Source: Actinomycetota bacterium
Lineage (GTDB): Bacteria > Actinomycetota > Thermoleophilia > Solirubrobacterales > 70-9
Assembly: GCA_046730475.1 (NCBI GenBank)
Contig: JBKPIY010000005.1
Coordinates: 5,187 to 69,186 of the forward strand
Length of the DNA stretch: 64,000 bases
Reading direction: 5' to 3'
The translations under genes were made by a program, and so were the position numbers. The stretch's first letter is position 1; each line of letters starts with the position of its first letter. The notes below the pieces were generated by a model, which saw only the letters and a program-made list of their open reading frames with translations, made no database searches and was not told the DNA's origin. Positions 1 through 9,951 of this stretch are shown here, in pieces.

Positions 1-123
1 CACCTCCACGCCGGGCGGTCCACCCACGTGGTCGAGGTCCGAATTCGCCGCGAGGATCGCCTCGTCGCCAACCTCCTCGTCACCCAATTCGTCCTACCCG
101 GCCAGACGGCCAGGACGATCTAG
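1..123 (+). CDS. 3' end of a CDS running into the window; possible hotdog/PaaI-type thioesterase C-terminus (partial)
   Basis: Frame 1 is open from base 1 to TAG at 121-123 with high GC3. The peptide ...LHAGRSTHVVEVRIRREDRLVANLLVTQFVL resembles the C-terminal strand pattern of PaaI/4HBT thioesterases. Only 40 aa are visible. Confidence 0.35.
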   Translation, partial: HLHAGRSTHVVEVRIRREDRLVANLLVTQFVLPGQTARTI

Positions 124-1559
124 GGCACGCGGTGGATCTCGAACAGGTTGGTCCCGACCTGCTGGCTCGGGAGCCCCGCGGTGATCGCGATCAGGTCACC
201 CGAGGAGGCGGCGCCGCAGCGCTTGGCGATGGTCGCGCAGTCGTCGAGCAGCTTGCTGAGGCTGGTCCACTCGGGCCCGAGCTGGGGATGGACGCCGAAC
301 AGGAGGTTGAGGCGCCGGACGGTCTGGACGGTGGGGGAGACCGAGACCACGGGCACCCGGGGGCGATGGGCCGACACCAGCCGGGCCGTCCGCCCGCTGG
401 TGGTCGGGACGACGATCGCCGCAAGCCCCAGCCGGTAGGTGGCGGCGACGCTGACCTGGGCGACCGCCTCGGCGACGTCGTCGGCGCGCTCCTCGGCTCG
501 GCCGAACACCCAATCGCCGTAGGGCAGATGCGGCTCGGTCGCCCGCGCGATCCTGTCCATCATCCGCACCGCCCCGACCGGGTGCTCGCCCACCGCGGTT
601 TCCTCGGAGAGCATCACCGCGTCCGTCCCGTCGTAGATCGCGTTGGCGACGTCGGCGACCTCGGCCCGGGTCGGGCTCGAGGCCCGCACCATCGTCGCCA
701 ACATCTGGGTGGCGGTGATCGCCGGCTTCGATGCCCGGCCCGCGAGCGAGATCAGGTGCTTCTGGGTTCCCGGGACTTCCTCGAGCGGCAGCTCGACGCC
801 GAGGTCCCCGCGGGCGACCATCACCCCGCTGTCAGCGGCGTCGATGATCTCCTTCGCCCGCTCGGCCGCCTGGGGCTTCTCGATCTTCGCGATCAGAGGG
901 ATGTGGGCATCGAGCGAGGCCAGCCTGGAGGCGACCGACTCGAGGTCGGAGGGCCGCCGGACGAAGGAGACGGCGAGGAGGTCGACCGCGTGCTCGACGG
1001 CGAACTCGATCCACTCGCGGTCGTGCACCCCCCCCTGGGGGAGCTCGGCATCGGCCCGCGGCAGGTTGATCCCCTGATGTGAGCTGACCGCTCCGCCCGC
1101 CTCGACCTCGCAGACGACCTCGGATCCGGTGGTGGAGAGGACCCGGAGCCGAACCCGCCCGTCGGCGAGGAACACCGGGTCGGACTCCTTCACCGCGGTG
1201 GCGATCCCGTCCCACATCACCGGGAGCCGCTCGGCGTCGCCCGGCTCCGCCCCTTCTCCGGCGCTGAGCACGACCCTGGAGGCCGAGTGGAGGACGGCGA
1301 AGTCGTCGGCGAGCTGGCCGAGGCGGAGCTTCGGCCCGGGCAGGTCGCCGAGGATCCCGATCTCGCGGTTTGCGACCGCCGCCGCGGCCCGGATCCGCTC
1401 GACGTTCTCGGCGTGGTCGGTCCGGTGGCCGTGGGAGAAGTTGAGCCGGAACACGTCGACGCCGGCGTCGATCAGGCGTCGCAGGGTCTCCGGGTCGCGG
1501 CTGGCCGGACCGACCGTGGCGACGATCTTGGTGCGGCGCCAGCTGCGCTGATCAGGCAC
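120..1559 (-). CDS. pyk: pyruvate kinase
   Basis: N-terminus RRTKIVATVGPASRDPETLRRLIDAGVDVFRLNFSHG and full-length PK-like sequence. I prefer the GTG start at 1559, which follows GGAAGGAGAGGGA. The ATG at 1586 is the longest-ORF alternative. Confidence 0.9.
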   Translation of the reverse strand: MPDQRSWRRTKIVATVGPASRDPETLRRLIDAGVDVFRLNFSHGHRTDHAENVERIRAAAAVANREIGILGDLPGPKLRLGQLADDFAVLHSASRVVLSAGEGAEPGDAERLPVMWDGIATAVKESDPVFLADGRVRLRVLSTTGSEVVCEVEAGGAVSSHQGINLPRADAELPQGGVHDREWIEFAVEHAVDLLAVSFVRRPSDLESVASRLASLDAHIPLIAKIEKPQAAERAKEIIDAADSGVMVARGDLGVELPLEEVPGTQKHLISLAGRASKPAITATQMLATMVRASSPTRAEVADVANAIYDGTDAVMLSEETAVGEHPVGAVRMMDRIARATEPHLPYGDWVFGRAEERADDVAEAVAQVSVAATYRLGLAAIVVPTTSGRTARLVSAHRPRVPVVSVSPTVQTVRRLNLLFGVHPQLGPEWTSLSKLLDDCATIAKRCGAASSGDLIAITAGLPSQQVGTNLFEIHRVP

Positions 1560-2064
1560 TCCCTCTCCTTCCCCCGGCCGCCGCATCGAGCGCCCCGAGA
1601 TCCCCCCGCAGCTCCTCGATCGAGTCGAACACGGCGGCCGCCCCGGACCCGGCCAGCTCCTCGCGAGAGTAGGCGCCGGTGAGGACCCCGACGGCGGCGA
1701 TCCCGGCTCGGTCGGCGGCGACGCAGTCCCAGACCGAGTCTCCGACCAGGACGGCGTCCCGGGTGCCGGCCCTCTCCAGGGCCGCCTCCACCAGGTCGGG
1801 GTTCGGCTTGGTCGCCTCGACCTCAGCGATCATCTCCATGTAGATCGGATTCTCCTCGTCACGGACCGCCTCGCCGAGCTCGGCCTCGACCTCCTCGCCC
1901 GCCAGCGCCGCCACCAGCTGACCGCCGCCCATCCCGATCGAGCGGTGGATCCTCCACAGCGGCAGGACGATCTGGTGGCGCCGAAAGGCCCGGTACCAGG
2001 CGAGGGCGTGCTGGTAGTTGGTGTCCACCAGGGTGCCGTCGATGTCGAGGATCGCGGCCCGCAT
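1552..2064 (-). CDS. HAD-superfamily hydrolase (phosphatase-like)
   Basis: HAD motif I is present (ILDIDGTLVDT) and a late GDSVWD motif. The ATG at 2064 gives MRAAILDIDGTL and sits 4 nt after the upstream gene's stop. The longest ORF would start at 2124. Confidence 0.75.
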   Translation of the reverse strand: MRAAILDIDGTLVDTNYQHALAWYRAFRRHQIVLPLWRIHRSIGMGGGQLVAALAGEEVEAELGEAVRDEENPIYMEMIAEVEATKPNPDLVEAALERAGTRDAVLVGDSVWDCVAADRAGIAAVGVLTGAYSREELAGSGAAAVFDSIEELRGDLGALDAAAGGRRGSA

Positions 2065-2068
2065 CGGA

Positions 2069-4540
2069 TCATCCGGCGAACGTTCGCTGACGGGTCGGCG
2101 CCGAGATCGTCTCGGTGGGGCCATCCGCCGGCGGCGCGCCCCTCGCCTCCCCGGGAGGTTCGTCCTCGAGGTGCTCGATCGCCGGGAGCCGCCAGACCAG
2201 GCTCGCGATCACCAGGCCCCCCGCCGCCGACAGCAGGGCCAAAAAGAGCTGGCCCCCGGCGAGCCGGGTGAGGTCGAAGAAGTTGCGCATCGGCTCCACC
2301 GCCAGCGCCAGCGCATAGATCGCCCCGAGGGCCGAGACCAAGGCGAGCATGTAGCTCTGGATCGCGATGTGCTCGCGACCGGGTCCGCGCTCGAGCAGGA
2401 GGATGAAGGCGAGCCCGAGGACCACCAGGGTGGTGGTGGCCGCGGTCCGGCCCGCCTCCAGCGATCCGCCGAAGACCGTGTCGACGAAGAAGAAGCTGGC
2501 GAGCGAGGCCGCGGCAATCGCCAGGCCGGCGGGCACCGCGAAGGCCGCCAGGGCCCGCAGCAGCCGCCCCCGGTAGAGCGGCCCGCCGCTGGGGGCAAGG
2601 GCGAGGACGAACGAGGGGATCCCGATCGTGACCAGCGCCGCCAGGGTGAGCTGGCGCGGCAGAAACGGGAACGCCCACCCGGGCACCGCCACCACGACGA
2701 TCAGCGCCGCCGCGTACACGGTCTTCGTCACGTACAGCCGGCCGAGACGGTGGATGTTGCGGGCGATCCGGCGCCCCTCGGCCACCGCCCGGGGCAGGCG
2801 CGAGAACTGATCGTGGAGGAGGACGATGTCGGCGATCCCCTTGGTGATCTGGCTCCCGGACCCCATCGCCACCGCCAGCCGGGCCCGCTTCAGCGCCGGG
2901 ACGTCGTTGACGCCGTCGCCGATCATCGCCGTGAAGCGACCGCGTTCGGCGAGCGCCGAGACCAGGGCCTTCTTCTGCTCCGGCCGGATCCGGCAGAAGA
3001 TCGTGTTTCGCTCCGCCGCCCGGCCAAGGCTCGTCCGGTCGGCGGGGAGCTCGTCACCGTCGATCACGCCGGCGTCCTCGGGCACCCCGACGGCGGCGGC
3101 AACCGCGGTCACGGTTGCCCGGGCGTCGCCCGAGATCAGCTTCAGGTCGACCCGCTGGTCGCGCATGAACTCGATCGTGTCCCTGGCGTCGGGGCGCAGC
3201 GTCTCCTCCAGCACCACCAGCGCCAGTGCCTTCACGGGCGGAGCGCCCTCGGCCTGCGGGTCCTCTGGGAGCCGCGCCGCCGCCCGGCCGAAGGCCAACA
3301 CCCGATTGCCCGCCCTGGTGCGCTCCTCCAGGGTCCGCTGGAGCGCCGGGGGGAGCTCGAGCGCGCCCTGCGCCGCGAGCACATCCGGGGCGCCGAGGAC
3401 GTAGGTCTCGCCGCCGCCGCGCCCCCCCAGGGTGAGACCGCTCCACTTCCACTCCGACGAAAAGGGGACCTCGGCAACGACCGGCTCGCGGGTCGCCGGG
3501 TAGGCGTCGGCGATCGCCGCCAGGGTCCTATTCCGCTCGCCGGCGCTGGCGGCGAATCGCGCCAGCGCCCGATGGGCGGCCGCGGGGTTGGAGTCGAAGA
3601 CGTCGACCGCCACCAGCTCGAGCTCGCCGCTGGTCAGGGTCCCGGTCTTGTCGACGCAGATCGTGTCGACCGCGGCGAGCGACTCGGTCGCGGCCATCTG
3701 CTGGACGAGGGTGTCGAGGCGGGCGAGGCGGACCGCCGCCACCGCCAGGGTGACGCTCATCAGCAGGACCAGTCCCTCGGGGATCAGGGTGATGAGCCCG
3801 GCGGTGGCGGTCTGGGCGGCGTCATGGAGCGGCTCGCTCCGGGCCCGGAGGGCGAAGATGAGCAAGGCCGCCAGGGGGAGCATCAGCCAGGTGCTCGCCC
3901 GCAGCACCTGGTTGACCTCATCCTGGAGCGGGGAGAGGGGGTGGCGGAAGGCGCGCGCCTCGCCGGCGACCTTCTCGGCGTAACTGTCCCCGCGGACGGC
4001 GTCCACCCTGTAGTAGCCCGACCCCGACATGCAGAAGGCGCCCGACAGTGCCCGCTGGCCAACGCGCTTACGGACCCCCTCGGCCTCCCCGGTCAGGACC
4101 GACTCGTCGAGGGTGAGCCCGCGGGAGTCGATCACCTCGCCGTCCGCGACCAGCTGGTCACCGGGCTCCACCCTGATCACGTCGCCGGGGACGACCTCCT
4201 CGGCACGGAGCTCCTCCACCCGCCCGTCGCGGACGACCTTCGCCCTCGGCGCCACCAGCAGGGCGAGGTTCTCGAGCACCTCCTTGGCCTTCAGCTCCTG
4301 GCGGATCCCGATGTAGCTGTTGATGATCGCGATGAACCCGAACAGGGCATCGGCGAACAGTCCCAGCGCCAGCATGATCACGAAGAAGGTGCCGATGATC
4401 GCGTTGAACAGCGTCAGCACGTTGCCGGCGACGATTGAGGTGATCGACCGGCTGGAGCGATCCTCGGGCTCGCCGAGCTTGCGGAGGCGCTTGGCCGCCT
4501 CCTTGCTGGTCAGTCCGGTCACCGTCGCGGCGTCCATCAC
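2069..4540 (-). CDS. cation-transporting P-type ATPase
   Basis: Phosphorylation motif CVDKTGTLT, hinge motif GDGVNDVPALK, multiple TM segments, 823 aa. Confidence 0.9.
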   Translation of the reverse strand: MMDAATVTGLTSKEAAKRLRKLGEPEDRSSRSITSIVAGNVLTLFNAIIGTFFVIMLALGLFADALFGFIAIINSYIGIRQELKAKEVLENLALLVAPRAKVVRDGRVEELRAEEVVPGDVIRVEPGDQLVADGEVIDSRGLTLDESVLTGEAEGVRKRVGQRALSGAFCMSGSGYYRVDAVRGDSYAEKVAGEARAFRHPLSPLQDEVNQVLRASTWLMLPLAALLIFALRARSEPLHDAAQTATAGLITLIPEGLVLLMSVTLAVAAVRLARLDTLVQQMAATESLAAVDTICVDKTGTLTSGELELVAVDVFDSNPAAAHRALARFAASAGERNRTLAAIADAYPATREPVVAEVPFSSEWKWSGLTLGGRGGGETYVLGAPDVLAAQGALELPPALQRTLEERTRAGNRVLAFGRAAARLPEDPQAEGAPPVKALALVVLEETLRPDARDTIEFMRDQRVDLKLISGDARATVTAVAAAVGVPEDAGVIDGDELPADRTSLGRAAERNTIFCRIRPEQKKALVSALAERGRFTAMIGDGVNDVPALKRARLAVAMGSGSQITKGIADIVLLHDQFSRLPRAVAEGRRIARNIHRLGRLYVTKTVYAAALIVVVAVPGWAFPFLPRQLTLAALVTIGIPSFVLALAPSGGPLYRGRLLRALAAFAVPAGLAIAAASLASFFFVDTVFGGSLEAGRTAATTTLVVLGLAFILLLERGPGREHIAIQSYMLALVSALGAIYALALAVEPMRNFFDLTRLAGGQLFLALLSAAGGLVIASLVWRLPAIEHLEDEPPGEARGAPPADGPTETISAPTRQRTFAG

Positions 4541-4597
4541 CTGCCCATAGATACAGGACCCGGGACACAGGACGGAGGCCCGGCCCTGGCTTCCCCC

Positions 4598-5131
4598 CTA
4601 CACGCCTTCGCCCCAGAACCAGGCGCCGAACGGCTCGGTACGGCGGACCCGGAGCGCCGCGCGCCGGGTGAAGAAGGCGAGCTCCTCGCCACCCCGCGGC
4701 GCTCCCGGCGCGGCGCTGCGGCAGGCGATCCCGGGCAGACCCCGATCCCAGGCGTCCAGGCCGATCCGCCGGCAGCGACTGTGGCCGATGATGCGGCCGC
4801 GGTTGTCCCGGGGGTAGCTCTCCGGCAGCCCGACCGAGCGGCAGCCGGCGTCCGTGACCACGGTCAGGTAGCGGTCCTCCGGCAGCCGGGTCGAGACGAG
4901 GATCGGGGCGGCGTCGTCGCGTAGGTCCTCGGGCCCGTAGGGCTGGCCGGCGAGCTTGCGGTGGACGTTGGCGCGCGCCACCTCGACGGAGCGGCAGAGG
5001 TAGACGCAGGGAAAGGACCCTGGCGGGTTCCAGCGCCCGCCGCGCTCGGCGGCGTAACGGCCGTCCAGCGGGTCCTCCCAGCGTGGGTCGGCGACCCGAA
5101 AGTACGGCCCGGCCCGCCGGATCGTCCTCAT
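4598..5131 (-). CDS. RES-domain toxin (NAD+-degrading RES family, MbcT/ParT-like)
   Basis: FRVADPRWEDPLDG...GGRWNPPGSFPCVYLCRSVEVARANV is a typical RES-domain N-terminal core. It lies 13 nt downstream of an Xre/MbcA-type antitoxin gene. Confidence 0.8.
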   Translation of the reverse strand: MRTIRRAGPYFRVADPRWEDPLDGRYAAERGGRWNPPGSFPCVYLCRSVEVARANVHRKLAGQPYGPEDLRDDAAPILVSTRLPEDRYLTVVTDAGCRSVGLPESYPRDNRGRIIGHSRCRRIGLDAWDRGLPGIACRSAAPGAPRGGEELAFFTRRAALRVRRTEPFGAWFWGEGV

Positions 5132-5144
5132 CCGACGCCGGCGC

Positions 5145-5483
5145 TCAGCTGGTTCCGGCCCAGTCGAAGGAGGCGCGAATCTTCTCCAGCAGCTCCGGGT
5201 GGCGGTCGGCGCTGATCATCTCCAGCATCGAGAGCCCGCCGTAGGCGCGGACTGGGCGCCTCACGATCCCCGGGATCCGCTCCGGCTTCAGCTGGTGGGC
5301 GAGAAGATCGGCGATCGAGGCGAGGGTCGACGCCTTCTCCTGCCTGGCGCCCGGGATCCCTCGTTCGCGCCACTGCGACACCGCCTGGCGGCGAACGCCG
5401 AACAGGCGCGCGAGCTCGGCGTCCGAGAGGCCGAGGAGCTCCCGAACCGGGTCCAGCAGCGAGGGTGCGATCACAGCCGTCAT
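5145..5483 (-). CDS. Xre/MbcA/ParS-type antitoxin (DUF2384-like C-terminus)
   Basis: LGLSDAELARLFGVRRQAVSQWRERG is HTH-like, and RIPGIVRRPVRAYGGLSMLEMISADRHPELLEKIR is the RES-toxin-binding domain pattern. The ATG at 5483 avoids overlap with the divergent gene at 5632. The longest ORF extends to 5654. Confidence 0.8.
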   Translation of the reverse strand: MTAVIAPSLLDPVRELLGLSDAELARLFGVRRQAVSQWRERGIPGARQEKASTLASIADLLAHQLKPERIPGIVRRPVRAYGGLSMLEMISADRHPELLEKIRASFDWAGTS

Positions 5484-5631
5484 TGACCACAGCCTACCGC
5501 AAGCAAATGTCAAGGTCCCTTGGAACCCGCGTCTCTTCCGGGCCACCGCCCCCGCGGTGACCGGGTGACCGGCCGCCCCGACCGCGACCGGCCGCGCCGG
5601 GAGGCCGGCGTTCACGTAGGCTCCCGGGCTG

Positions 5632-6708
5632 ATGGCGCTCAAGCTCGGACTCAACCTCGGCTACTGGGGGATCGGTCCCCAGGGCGACGAGGCGATCGAG
5701 ATCGTGCAGGCGGCCGAGCGGGCCGGCTACGAGTCGGTGTGGGCGGCGGAGTCCTACGGGTCCGATGCGGTCAGCGTCCTCGCCTACCTCGCGGCCAAGA
5801 CCGAGAGGATCGGGCTCGGCGCCGCCATCCTTCAGGTCCCGGCGCGGCCGCCGGCGGCCGCGGCGATGGCCGGGGTGACGATCGACGCGCTCTCGGGGGG
5901 GCGATTCATATTCGGCTTCGGGCCCTCCGGCCCCCAGGTGTCGGAGGGCTGGTACGGCGTTCCGTACGCGAAACCCTGGGGCCGAACCCGCGAGTACGTC
6001 GAGATCGTCAAGGAGATCGTCGCCCGCGAGGGTCGCCTCGAGTTCGAGGGCGAGCATTTCCACCTGCCGCTCCGCGAGGGCGAGGGCGTGACCGGGCAGG
6101 GCAAGGCCCTGAAACTCAACATCCATCCGGTTCGCAGCCGGATTCCCATCTACCTCGGCGCGATCGGGCGGAAGTCGGTTGAGCTGGCGGCCGAGATCGC
6201 CGACGGCTGGATCCCGATCTTCTTCTCGGTCGACGCGTGGAAGTCGGCGTGGGGCGAGCACATCGAAGCCGGGCTCGCGAACGGGGGGCGGTCCCGCCAG
6301 GATTTCTCCGTCTCGCCGTCGGTGCAGGTCGCGATCGACGGCGACCTGGAGGCGGCGCGGGGGATCGTGAAGGCGGGGTTGCTCCTGTACCTGGGCGGGA
6401 TGGGCTCGAAGACGACCAACTTCTACGTCGACCTCACCCACCGGTTCGGCTTCGGCGAGGCCGCCGACGAGGTCCAGTCGCTCTACCTCGAGGGCAAGCG
6501 GGAGGACGCCTACGCCGCGATCCCCGACGAGCTCGTGGATGCGACCGCGATGATCGGCACCGAGGACGAGGTCGCCGAGCGGGTGAGGCGGTTCATCGCC
6601 GAGGGCGTCGACCGGATGATCGTCTCCCCTGTTCAGGGAAGCACCGAGGAGCGGCTGCACACCCTCGAGCGTCTCGCCGACATGGTCGGGGTCGGCTCCC
6701 CGGCCTGA
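5632..6708 (+). CDS. LLM-class (luciferase-like) F420-dependent oxidoreductase
   Basis: MALKLGLNLGYWG...AERAGYESVWAAESYGSDAVSVLAYLAA...GGRFIFGFG is a typical LLM flavin/F420 oxidoreductase. Confidence 0.8.
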   Translation: MALKLGLNLGYWGIGPQGDEAIEIVQAAERAGYESVWAAESYGSDAVSVLAYLAAKTERIGLGAAILQVPARPPAAAAMAGVTIDALSGGRFIFGFGPSGPQVSEGWYGVPYAKPWGRTREYVEIVKEIVAREGRLEFEGEHFHLPLREGEGVTGQGKALKLNIHPVRSRIPIYLGAIGRKSVELAAEIADGWIPIFFSVDAWKSAWGEHIEAGLANGGRSRQDFSVSPSVQVAIDGDLEAARGIVKAGLLLYLGGMGSKTTNFYVDLTHRFGFGEAADEVQSLYLEGKREDAYAAIPDELVDATAMIGTEDEVAERVRRFIAEGVDRMIVSPVQGSTEERLHTLERLADMVGVGSPA

Positions 6709-6760
6709 TCATCGCGGCGCCGCCCGAACCGATCTCGTCCAATAGATTGCCGCGCCCTGA

Positions 6761-7897
6761 ATGAAGATCGGAGTCCCCAAGGAGACCGCCGAGAGGGAGC
6801 GGCGGGTCGCCACCGTCCCCGACGTCGTCAAGGCGTTGGCGGCGAAGAACGTCGAGGTCACGGTCGAGCCCGGCGCCGGTGAGGCGGCGAGCTTCCCCGA
6901 CGAGGACTATCGCGACGCCGGCGCGTCGCTCGACGGCGATCCCTGGGGGCTCGAAGTCGTCTTCAGGGTGGCGCCGCCGGCCCTCGCCGACGTCGACCGG
7001 CTGGACCAGGGCCAGGTCCTGGTCGGCTTTCTCCAGCCGCTCACCGACGGCGAGCTCGCCTCCGCCCTGGCGAAGCGCGGGGTCACCAGCTTCGCGATGG
7101 AGGCGATCCCCCGGATCACCCGGGCCCAGTCGATGGATGCCCTCTCCTCCCAGGCGAACGTCGGCGGCTACATGGCGGCGATCATCGCCGCCCGCGAGGC
7201 CGGCCGGTTCTTCCCGATGATGACCACCGCCGCGGGCACGGTGGCACCGGCGAAGACGTTGGTGCTCGGGGCGGGGGTGGCCGGCCTCCAGGCGATCGCC
7301 ACCTCGAAGCGGCTCGGCTCGGTGGTGACCGGGTTCGACGTCCGCTCGGTGGTGCGCGAGCAGATCGAGTCGCTCGGCGGCCGCTTCCTCGCGGTCGAGG
7401 CGGTCAAGGACGCCGAGGGCGAGGGCGGCTACGCCCGGCCCCTCACCGACGAGGAGAACGAGCGCCTCCGGGGCGAGCTGGCCCAGGCGGCGAAGGGACA
7501 GGACGTGATCATCAGCACCGCCGCGATCCCGGGGCGGCCGGCGCCGCTTCTGCTCACCGCCGACGCCGTCCACGGGATGAGGCCGGGCTCGGTGATCGTC
7601 GATTTGGCGGCCGAGACGGGGGGCAACTGCGAGCTGTCGAAGCCCGGGGAGACGGCGGTGGAAGCGGGGGTGAAGATCATCGCCCCGCTCAACCTCGCCA
7701 GCGAGATGCCATCGACCGCGTCGGTGCTCTACGCGAAGAACCTCCAGAACCTGATCGAGCTGATGATCGACGGCGAGGGGAACCTGAAGCTGGACTTCGA
7801 CGACGAGGTGGTGGCCGGGGCCTGCATCACCCACGAGGGTGAGATCCGCCACGAGGGCGCCCGCAAGGCCGCCGGCCAGGGAGGGGGCCAGCGATGA
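6761..7897 (+). CDS. pntAA: NAD(P) transhydrogenase subunit alpha part 1
   Basis: MKIGVPKETAERERRVA..., alanine-dehydrogenase/PNT fold, GAGVAGLQAI Rossmann motif. ATGA overlap with the next gene. Confidence 0.9.
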   Translation: MKIGVPKETAERERRVATVPDVVKALAAKNVEVTVEPGAGEAASFPDEDYRDAGASLDGDPWGLEVVFRVAPPALADVDRLDQGQVLVGFLQPLTDGELASALAKRGVTSFAMEAIPRITRAQSMDALSSQANVGGYMAAIIAAREAGRFFPMMTTAAGTVAPAKTLVLGAGVAGLQAIATSKRLGSVVTGFDVRSVVREQIESLGGRFLAVEAVKDAEGEGGYARPLTDEENERLRGELAQAAKGQDVIISTAAIPGRPAPLLLTADAVHGMRPGSVIVDLAAETGGNCELSKPGETAVEAGVKIIAPLNLASEMPSTASVLYAKNLQNLIELMIDGEGNLKLDFDDEVVAGACITHEGEIRHEGARKAAGQGGGQR

Positions 7898-8253
7898 GCC
7901 TGATCACCGAGATCACGATCTTCGTGCTCGCCGCGTTCGTCGGCTTCGAGGTGATCTCGAAGGTGCCGAGCACCCTGCACACCCCGCTGATGTCGCAGAC
8001 GAACGCGATCCACGGGATCGTCCTCCTCGGCGGCCTGATCGTCGTCGGGCTCTCCGACAACACCCTCGACAACGTGATCGCGACGATCGCGATCATCTTC
8101 GGGACGATCAACATCGTCGGCGGCTTCATGGTCACCGACCGGATGCTGGGGATGTTCGCGCGCCGACCGGCGCCCCCCAAAGAAGAGGCGGCCGCCCCCT
8201 CGGAGGTGACGCCGGAGGAGGCCGGCAAGGGGCGCGACGGAGGCGGCTCGTGA
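7894..8253 (+). CDS. pntAB: NAD(P) transhydrogenase subunit alpha part 2 (membrane)
   Basis: Small hydrophobic protein TEITIFVLAAFVGFEVISKVPSTLHTPLMSQTNAIHGIVLLG. Start and stop overlap the flanking pnt genes. Confidence 0.85.
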   Translation: MSLITEITIFVLAAFVGFEVISKVPSTLHTPLMSQTNAIHGIVLLGGLIVVGLSDNTLDNVIATIAIIFGTINIVGGFMVTDRMLGMFARRPAPPKEEAAAPSEVTPEEAGKGRDGGGS

Positions 8254-9668
8254 TCCCGCTCGCCGCCCTCGCCCCGGACTCCAACTTCGTCCAGGTCTGC
8301 TACATCGTCTCCTTCTCGCTGTTCATCTTCGGGGTCAGGCGCGGGACCCACCCGACCACCGCCCGGCAGGGGAACATGATCGCCGCGGCCGGGATGGTGA
8401 TCGCCGTCGCCACCACCCTGGCGCTTGAGGGGATCGGCAACTGGGGCCTGATCATCGGTGGGATGGCGCTGGGGACTTCGATCGGGGCGATCGCCTCCCG
8501 CCGGGTGCAGATGACCGCGATGCCGCAGATGGTCGCCCTCTACAACGGCGTCGGCGGCGGCGCGGTGGCCCTGATCGCGTGGGCGAAGTTCCGAAACGAG
8601 CTCGCCCTCGGCGGGGACATCCCGCTGGACACCTTCGTCCCGGTCCTGTTCTCGATGGTTATCGGCTCGATCTCGTTCTGGGGCTCGAACATCGCCTTCG
8701 GCAAGCTCCAGGGGATCATCCCGGGGCAGCCGATCAAGGTCCCCGGCCAGCAGGTCCTGAACGCGCTGCTCCTGGTCGGAATCGTCGCCGCCTGCATCGT
8801 GCTCGGCGCCGACCACGACTCCGATCCCTCGCAGGCCCTGTTCATCGGCGTGCTGCTCGCCGCCGCCGTGCTCGGGAACCTGGTGGTGCTCCCGATCGGC
8901 GGGGCCGACATGCCGGTGGTGATCTCGCTGCTGAACGCGTTCACGGGGCTGTCGGCGGCCGCCGCGGGGATCGAGCTCGACAACGTCGCCCTGATCGTCG
9001 CCGGCACCCTGGTGGGCTCCTCGGGGACGATCCTCACGCTGGCGATGGCGACGGCGATGAACCGATCCGTCCCCAACATTCTGTTCGCCGGTTTCGGCGG
9101 GGTCCCCGCCGCGGCCGCGGGCGCCGCCGAGGAGCGGCCGGTGGTCTCCATCAACGCCCAGGACGCGGCGATCAAGCTCGCCTACGCCGACTCGGTGGTG
9201 ATCGTCCCCGGCTACGGGATGGCGGTCGCCCAGGCCCAGCACGCGGTCAAGGAGATGGCCAACGCGCTCGAGAAGAAGGGCGTCACGGTCAACTACGCGA
9301 TCCACCCGGTCGCGGGACGGATGCCGGGCCACATGAACGTGCTCCTGGCCGAGGCCGACGTCCCCTACGAGAAGCTCAGGGAGATGGACGAGATCAACCC
9401 CGAGCTGCCGCGCACCGACGTGGCGGTGGTGATCGGCGCCAACGACGTCACCAACCCGGCCGCCAAGAACGACCCCAACTCGCCGATCGCGGGAATGCCG
9501 ATCATCGAGGTGAGCGAGGCCCACCAGGTGATCGTGATCAAGCGCAGCCTCAACCCCGGGTTCGCGGGGATCGACAACGACCTCTTCTACGAGCCCAACA
9601 CCTCGATGCTGTTCTCGGATGCGAAGCAGGCGGCTACCGACGTCGCCGCCGAGATCGAAGAGCTCTAG
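8250..9668 (+). CDS. pntB: NAD(P) transhydrogenase subunit beta
   Basis: GTG at 8250 overlaps the pntAB stop (GTGA). C-terminal dIII domain VIVPGYGMAVAQAQH...HPVAGRMPGHMNVLLAEA...GANDVTNPAA. Confidence 0.9.
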   Translation: MIPLAALAPDSNFVQVCYIVSFSLFIFGVRRGTHPTTARQGNMIAAAGMVIAVATTLALEGIGNWGLIIGGMALGTSIGAIASRRVQMTAMPQMVALYNGVGGGAVALIAWAKFRNELALGGDIPLDTFVPVLFSMVIGSISFWGSNIAFGKLQGIIPGQPIKVPGQQVLNALLLVGIVAACIVLGADHDSDPSQALFIGVLLAAAVLGNLVVLPIGGADMPVVISLLNAFTGLSAAAAGIELDNVALIVAGTLVGSSGTILTLAMATAMNRSVPNILFAGFGGVPAAAAGAAEERPVVSINAQDAAIKLAYADSVVIVPGYGMAVAQAQHAVKEMANALEKKGVTVNYAIHPVAGRMPGHMNVLLAEADVPYEKLREMDEINPELPRTDVAVVIGANDVTNPAAKNDPNSPIAGMPIIEVSEAHQVIVIKRSLNPGFAGIDNDLFYEPNTSMLFSDAKQAATDVAAEIEEL

Positions 9669-9711
9669 GAGCTCGGGCCGGGGCCGGCCGGACCACCGCC
9701 TCGCGCGCCGA

Positions 9712-9951
9712 TTACCCCTTGGCTCGGAGCCGCGCCACCACGATCCCGATCACGAACCCGAGGACGAGCGCGATCAGGAGGGCGACGATGAGCGGGGCCT
9801 CCGTCTTGGCGACGATGAAGTCGACCGTCACCCTCTGGGAGTTGACCGCGATGAAGATGATCCCCAGGACAATGGCGGCCAGGAGGATCCAGAACTTGGC
9901 GCCGCGGCCGCGCGATACGTGTGCTCCCTCCATCCCGCGCGACCCTAGCAT
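9712..9951 (-). CDS. small membrane protein, LapA/DUF1049-like
   Basis: KFWILLAAIVLGIIFIAVNSQRVTVDFIVAKTEAPLIVALLIALVLGFVIGIVVARL gives two TM segments in the DUF1049 pattern. An alternative ATG start is at 9933. Confidence 0.6.
   Translation of the reverse strand: MLGSRGMEGAHVSRGRGAKFWILLAAIVLGIIFIAVNSQRVTVDFIVAKTEAPLIVALLIALVLGFVIGIVVARLRAKG

Noticed and set aside
2018-4438. 806-aa ORF on the plus strand opposite the P-type ATPase gene
   Set aside because: Arg/Gly/Pro/Asp-rich composition with no motifs. It is an exact antisense shadow of a gene with clear P-type ATPase motifs, a typical high-GC artefact.
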